64,000 bases of DNA from a bacterium (GTDB lineage Bacteria; Electryoneota; JAOADG01): the NCBI GenBank assembly GCA_963681965.1, contig OY820579.1:2400001-2464000 (forward strand), written 5' to 3'. Numbering within the stretch: the stretch's first letter is position 1; each line of letters opens with the position of its first letter. The translations under genes and the position numbers were made by a program. The notes below the pieces were generated by a model that was given only the letters and a program-made list of their open reading frames with translations, had not been told where the DNA came from and did not search any database. Positions 61,356-64,000 of this stretch are shown piece by piece.

Positions 61356-64000
61356 TTTTCCGATTCCTTCTTCCGCGGAGTATTTCGGGGTGGTTCTCCC
61401 CAGTCAGTCTGGATAAAGCTTTCGAGCGATTGTCGCCCTTCCTGATCGCGGCTGGCAGCCAATCGCAACCATGGGAGCAACTGATATTCCACTCGGACTT
61501 TGTTGTTGCTGCTATCAATTCCACCTACCGGCGAAACCAGCGAAAAGAATAGTTCATTCGTGATGTAACCACCGATTTCCAATTCACCGGCTGTCGATCC
61601 AAGATCTTTTCGCTGATCCTGTCGGAATTGCAATACCGACAAACCGAATTTATTTCCGAGGGAATTTGTGATCTGATCGAAACCCATTTGTGTTGCAGTG
61701 CCGACCAAATCTTTCGCTCCGAGTTTTGAAGTATCGGCACCACTGCCCGCCATTCCCAGCGCAGCAGAGGGTTTCCCGATGGTCAGGTAACTGATGACAT
61801 CAAGATCATTCATTTTTTCACCGTTACGGTCGGTACCGGCAAAGATTATATTCGGTTCCTTCGCAGTTCCGGTGATTGAGAACTGAATGTCGACCCCCGC
61901 AGATCGTTTCAAGCTGGGTGCCGATGCCGTTAATTGCATCTGAGGATTGAAGGGATCGCCATTGAAGGTCATGATCCCTTGACTGATTTGCAATTGACGA
62001 CTGTATTGGGTCACCGTGCCGCGGGCAATTTCGATCTTACCGTAAATATTCGGAAAGCGATTACCGGCAAATTTTTCAAGATCGAGATCCATTTTCGCTT
62101 CGGCATTGATCCCCATACCACGAATCCAGACATTGCCGGGTGCAATAACCGATACGTGTCCGTAAGAATTGTCCCACGTTGCCAGCGCTGGGAAGATCGA
62201 AATGTCGTCTTCTTCCAGTACAATTTCTTCCAGATTTTTGTCAGTTTCTCCCAGATCGTAGCGTACTTCCGATAGTGCCATCGAGCCTTCCATCGCCAGA
62301 TGGTTGATCGGTCCACGTAGATTGACATTCATGTCACCGGTGAATGTTTTTCGCGGCAACTTCATAAACTGGTAACGACTCGCTCGAGCTTCGAGATTCA
62401 AACTATCCGGCAGGAAATTCCGGAAAGTAAGTTGTCCCGTCAATTTGATATTACCTTTACCGGATTTCGAGGTAGCTTCTTGAATAACCAGTGATTTTCC
62501 CACGGTTGAGGCGTGGATCACCATATCCCGCTGATCGACGCCGAATTCCGGAAGCAGTAGTTTCTTTCCGGTCATATCGACTTTCATCTTCATGCCGTAG
62601 ACCGGATCGCGGTCGATCTGTATTTGCAGATTACCATCCCAGGTCGAGTGTTGTGGCATCATTCCGGCAAACCATCGCGATGGCATTTCAATGGTCGATA
62701 GATGTAATGAATCGAAACCGGCAATCGAACTATCAGTCATTCGTGCATTACCATACGATGTCAACGCTTCGATCCCTTCCCGCTCGCCTTTCATTTCCCA
62801 GATCAGGCGGTCACCGGTATAGGTAATCTTCGCCTTGAGTGTATCCATCAATTCCAAATTGTTCCAGCCAATGCGATGGGTTGTAATTTGCGTCGAGACA
62901 TGAACTTTTTCGTGAATCGGTTTCGACCATGTTCCGGTTGCATCCACATCACCTTGAAGATTTTGCAAGCTGGGAACGACAGTTAACAGCGATGGTAACG
63001 CCATACCTTTGATTGAAAAACTCCCCTTCATCGAGCCAGCAGTGTCCAGATCAAACGAACCATCGAGAATGCCAAAGGGGGTATCCATCCTGAATTGACG
63101 CCAATTGAAACCGGTTTTCCGGTCGTAAACCAAAGGTTCCGACTCCAATAAGTAGAGCGGGATGTGCGGTGTCCGAAGTGACAAAGAGTCCGCATGGGCA
63201 GTGAAACGCATGGCATTCCGATCAAGAAATCCCTGCAACTTGATCAGGGTGGCAAGCGTGTCGGAAGCTGCGCGAATCGTCGTTTTAAGTGAATCGTTGC
63301 GATATACAGCCGATAACGAAAGTGAAAGTGGTGCAAGGAACGTGGATCGGAGCGAATCGATGGTTGCTTCGATTAAATATGGCGATTCCGGATATTGGAA
63401 TTCGGACTTTATCAATCGTAAAGTATCGATCGAATAATCGCGCATCCGGAATTTTGTAAGCATTCCATGAACCGTCCCACCGATCGATAGATTTGTGCTA
63501 TCTTCAAACTTTTTCTGTTTCCCGATAATCGTAAAGTTCAGTGAAGCTTGCCCGGAAAGGGTAGAATCTGCGGCAACAATTTGAGGAATATTTTTCAACG
63601 AAAGCTGTTGAACTGCGCCGGCGAAACTGAATCCGTCGGTCAGTTGGTAGTATCCTTTCAGTGCAATTGCCGTCTTACCGGAAAGTGCGTGCAGGGAATC
63701 AATATCAATATTTTTCTTCGTGTACTTTCCACTGACGACAACGGTATCCAATCGATTCTGGAACCAGTAATGACGATCCAATCCCGCTCGGAATTGAATA
63801 GTGTCGATCGGTATTTTTTTCCCCGAAGCAGTTGCAGAAATCGCCAGCACAAGACTGTCGGGGAAGTCTTTTCCCGGTAACCAATCGTGCAGTTGATGAA
63901 CCGCACCCGATAGTTGAACAGTTGCCGACGAATGATCCTTTCCCAATCCCTTGGTCGATAAATCGATCGTTACATCACCGTGCGACTCCCCTAGTATTCC
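61352..64000 (-). CDS. tamB: Translocation/assembly module TamB-like protein (C-terminal part; frame open to the window edge)
   Basis: C-terminal DUF490-like region (G.I.I.RG...Y...L.I..G...F.G...NP, GGYI...LF, VEYQL); no stop between 64000 and 63946. Confidence 0.75.
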   Translation of the reverse strand, partial: GILGESHGDVTIDLSTKGLGKDHSSATVQLSGAVHQLHDWLPGKDFPDSLVLAISATASGKKIPIDTIQFRAGLDRHYWFQNRLDTVVVSGKYTKKNIDIDSLHALSGKTAIALKGYYQLTDGFSFAGAVQQLSLKNIPQIVAADSTLSGQASLNFTIIGKQKKFEDSTNLSIGGTVHGMLTKFRMRDYSIDTLRLIKSEFQYPESPYLIEATIDSLRSTFLAPLSLSLSAVYRNDSLKTTIRAASDTLATLIKLQGFLDRNAMRFTAHADSLSLRTPHIPLYLLESEPLVYDRKTGFNWRQFRMDTPFGILDGSFDLDTAGSMKGSFSIKGMALPSLLTVVPSLQNLQGDVDATGTWSKPIHEKVHVSTQITTHRIGWNNLELMDTLKAKITYTGDRLIWEMKGEREGIEALTSYGNARMTDSSIAGFDSLHLSTIEMPSRWFAGMMPQHSTWDGNLQIQIDRDPVYGMKMKVDMTGKKLLLPEFGVDQRDMVIHASTVGKSLVIQEATSKSGKGNIKLTGQLTFRNFLPDSLNLEARASRYQFMKLPRKTFTGDMNVNLRGPINHLAMEGSMALSEVRYDLGETDKNLEEIVLEEDDISIFPALATWDNSYGHVSVIAPGNVWIRGMGINAEAKMDLDLEKFAGNRFPNIYGKIEIARGTVTQYSRQLQISQGIMTFNGDPFNPQMQLTASAPSLKRSAGVDIQFSITGTAKEPNIIFAGTDRNGEKMNDLDVISYLTIGKPSAALGMAGSGADTSKLGAKDLVGTATQMGFDQITNSLGNKFGLSVLQFRQDQRKDLGSTAGELEIGGYITNELFFSLVSPVGGIDSSNNKVRVEYQLLPWLRLAASRDQEGRQSLESFIQTDWGEPPRNTPRKKESEK

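Overview
Chromosomal window from a Gram-negative bacterium, probably an FCB-superphylum lineage (inference from ten secreted proteins ending in a T9SS/Por-type 'YPNPFN...KxxLLK' C-terminal domain, plus TamB and TonB-receptor genes). Housekeeping genes (uvrA, split transketolase, deoB-rdgB-iscS-mnmA-panB, copA, mntP, fabL-like SDR) are interleaved with secreted beta-propeller/Ig-type proteins, a GAF-SpoIIE/STAS pair, two tandem cyclase-STAND-TPR paralogs, several candidate defence/TA genes and multiple palindromic repeat families. The strongest hidden signal: the ORFs 13095..13388 and 10998..12866 are one 736-aa gene with an in-frame TGA forming a thioredoxin-like UxxC motif (Omp28-like domain). 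It has a signal peptide and a T9SS-type CTD, so it looks like an exported selenoprotein, and an uncalled tRNA-Sec (UCA) gene lies 1.5 kb upstream on the same strand. All calls come from motif reading by eye; no searches or computations were run.
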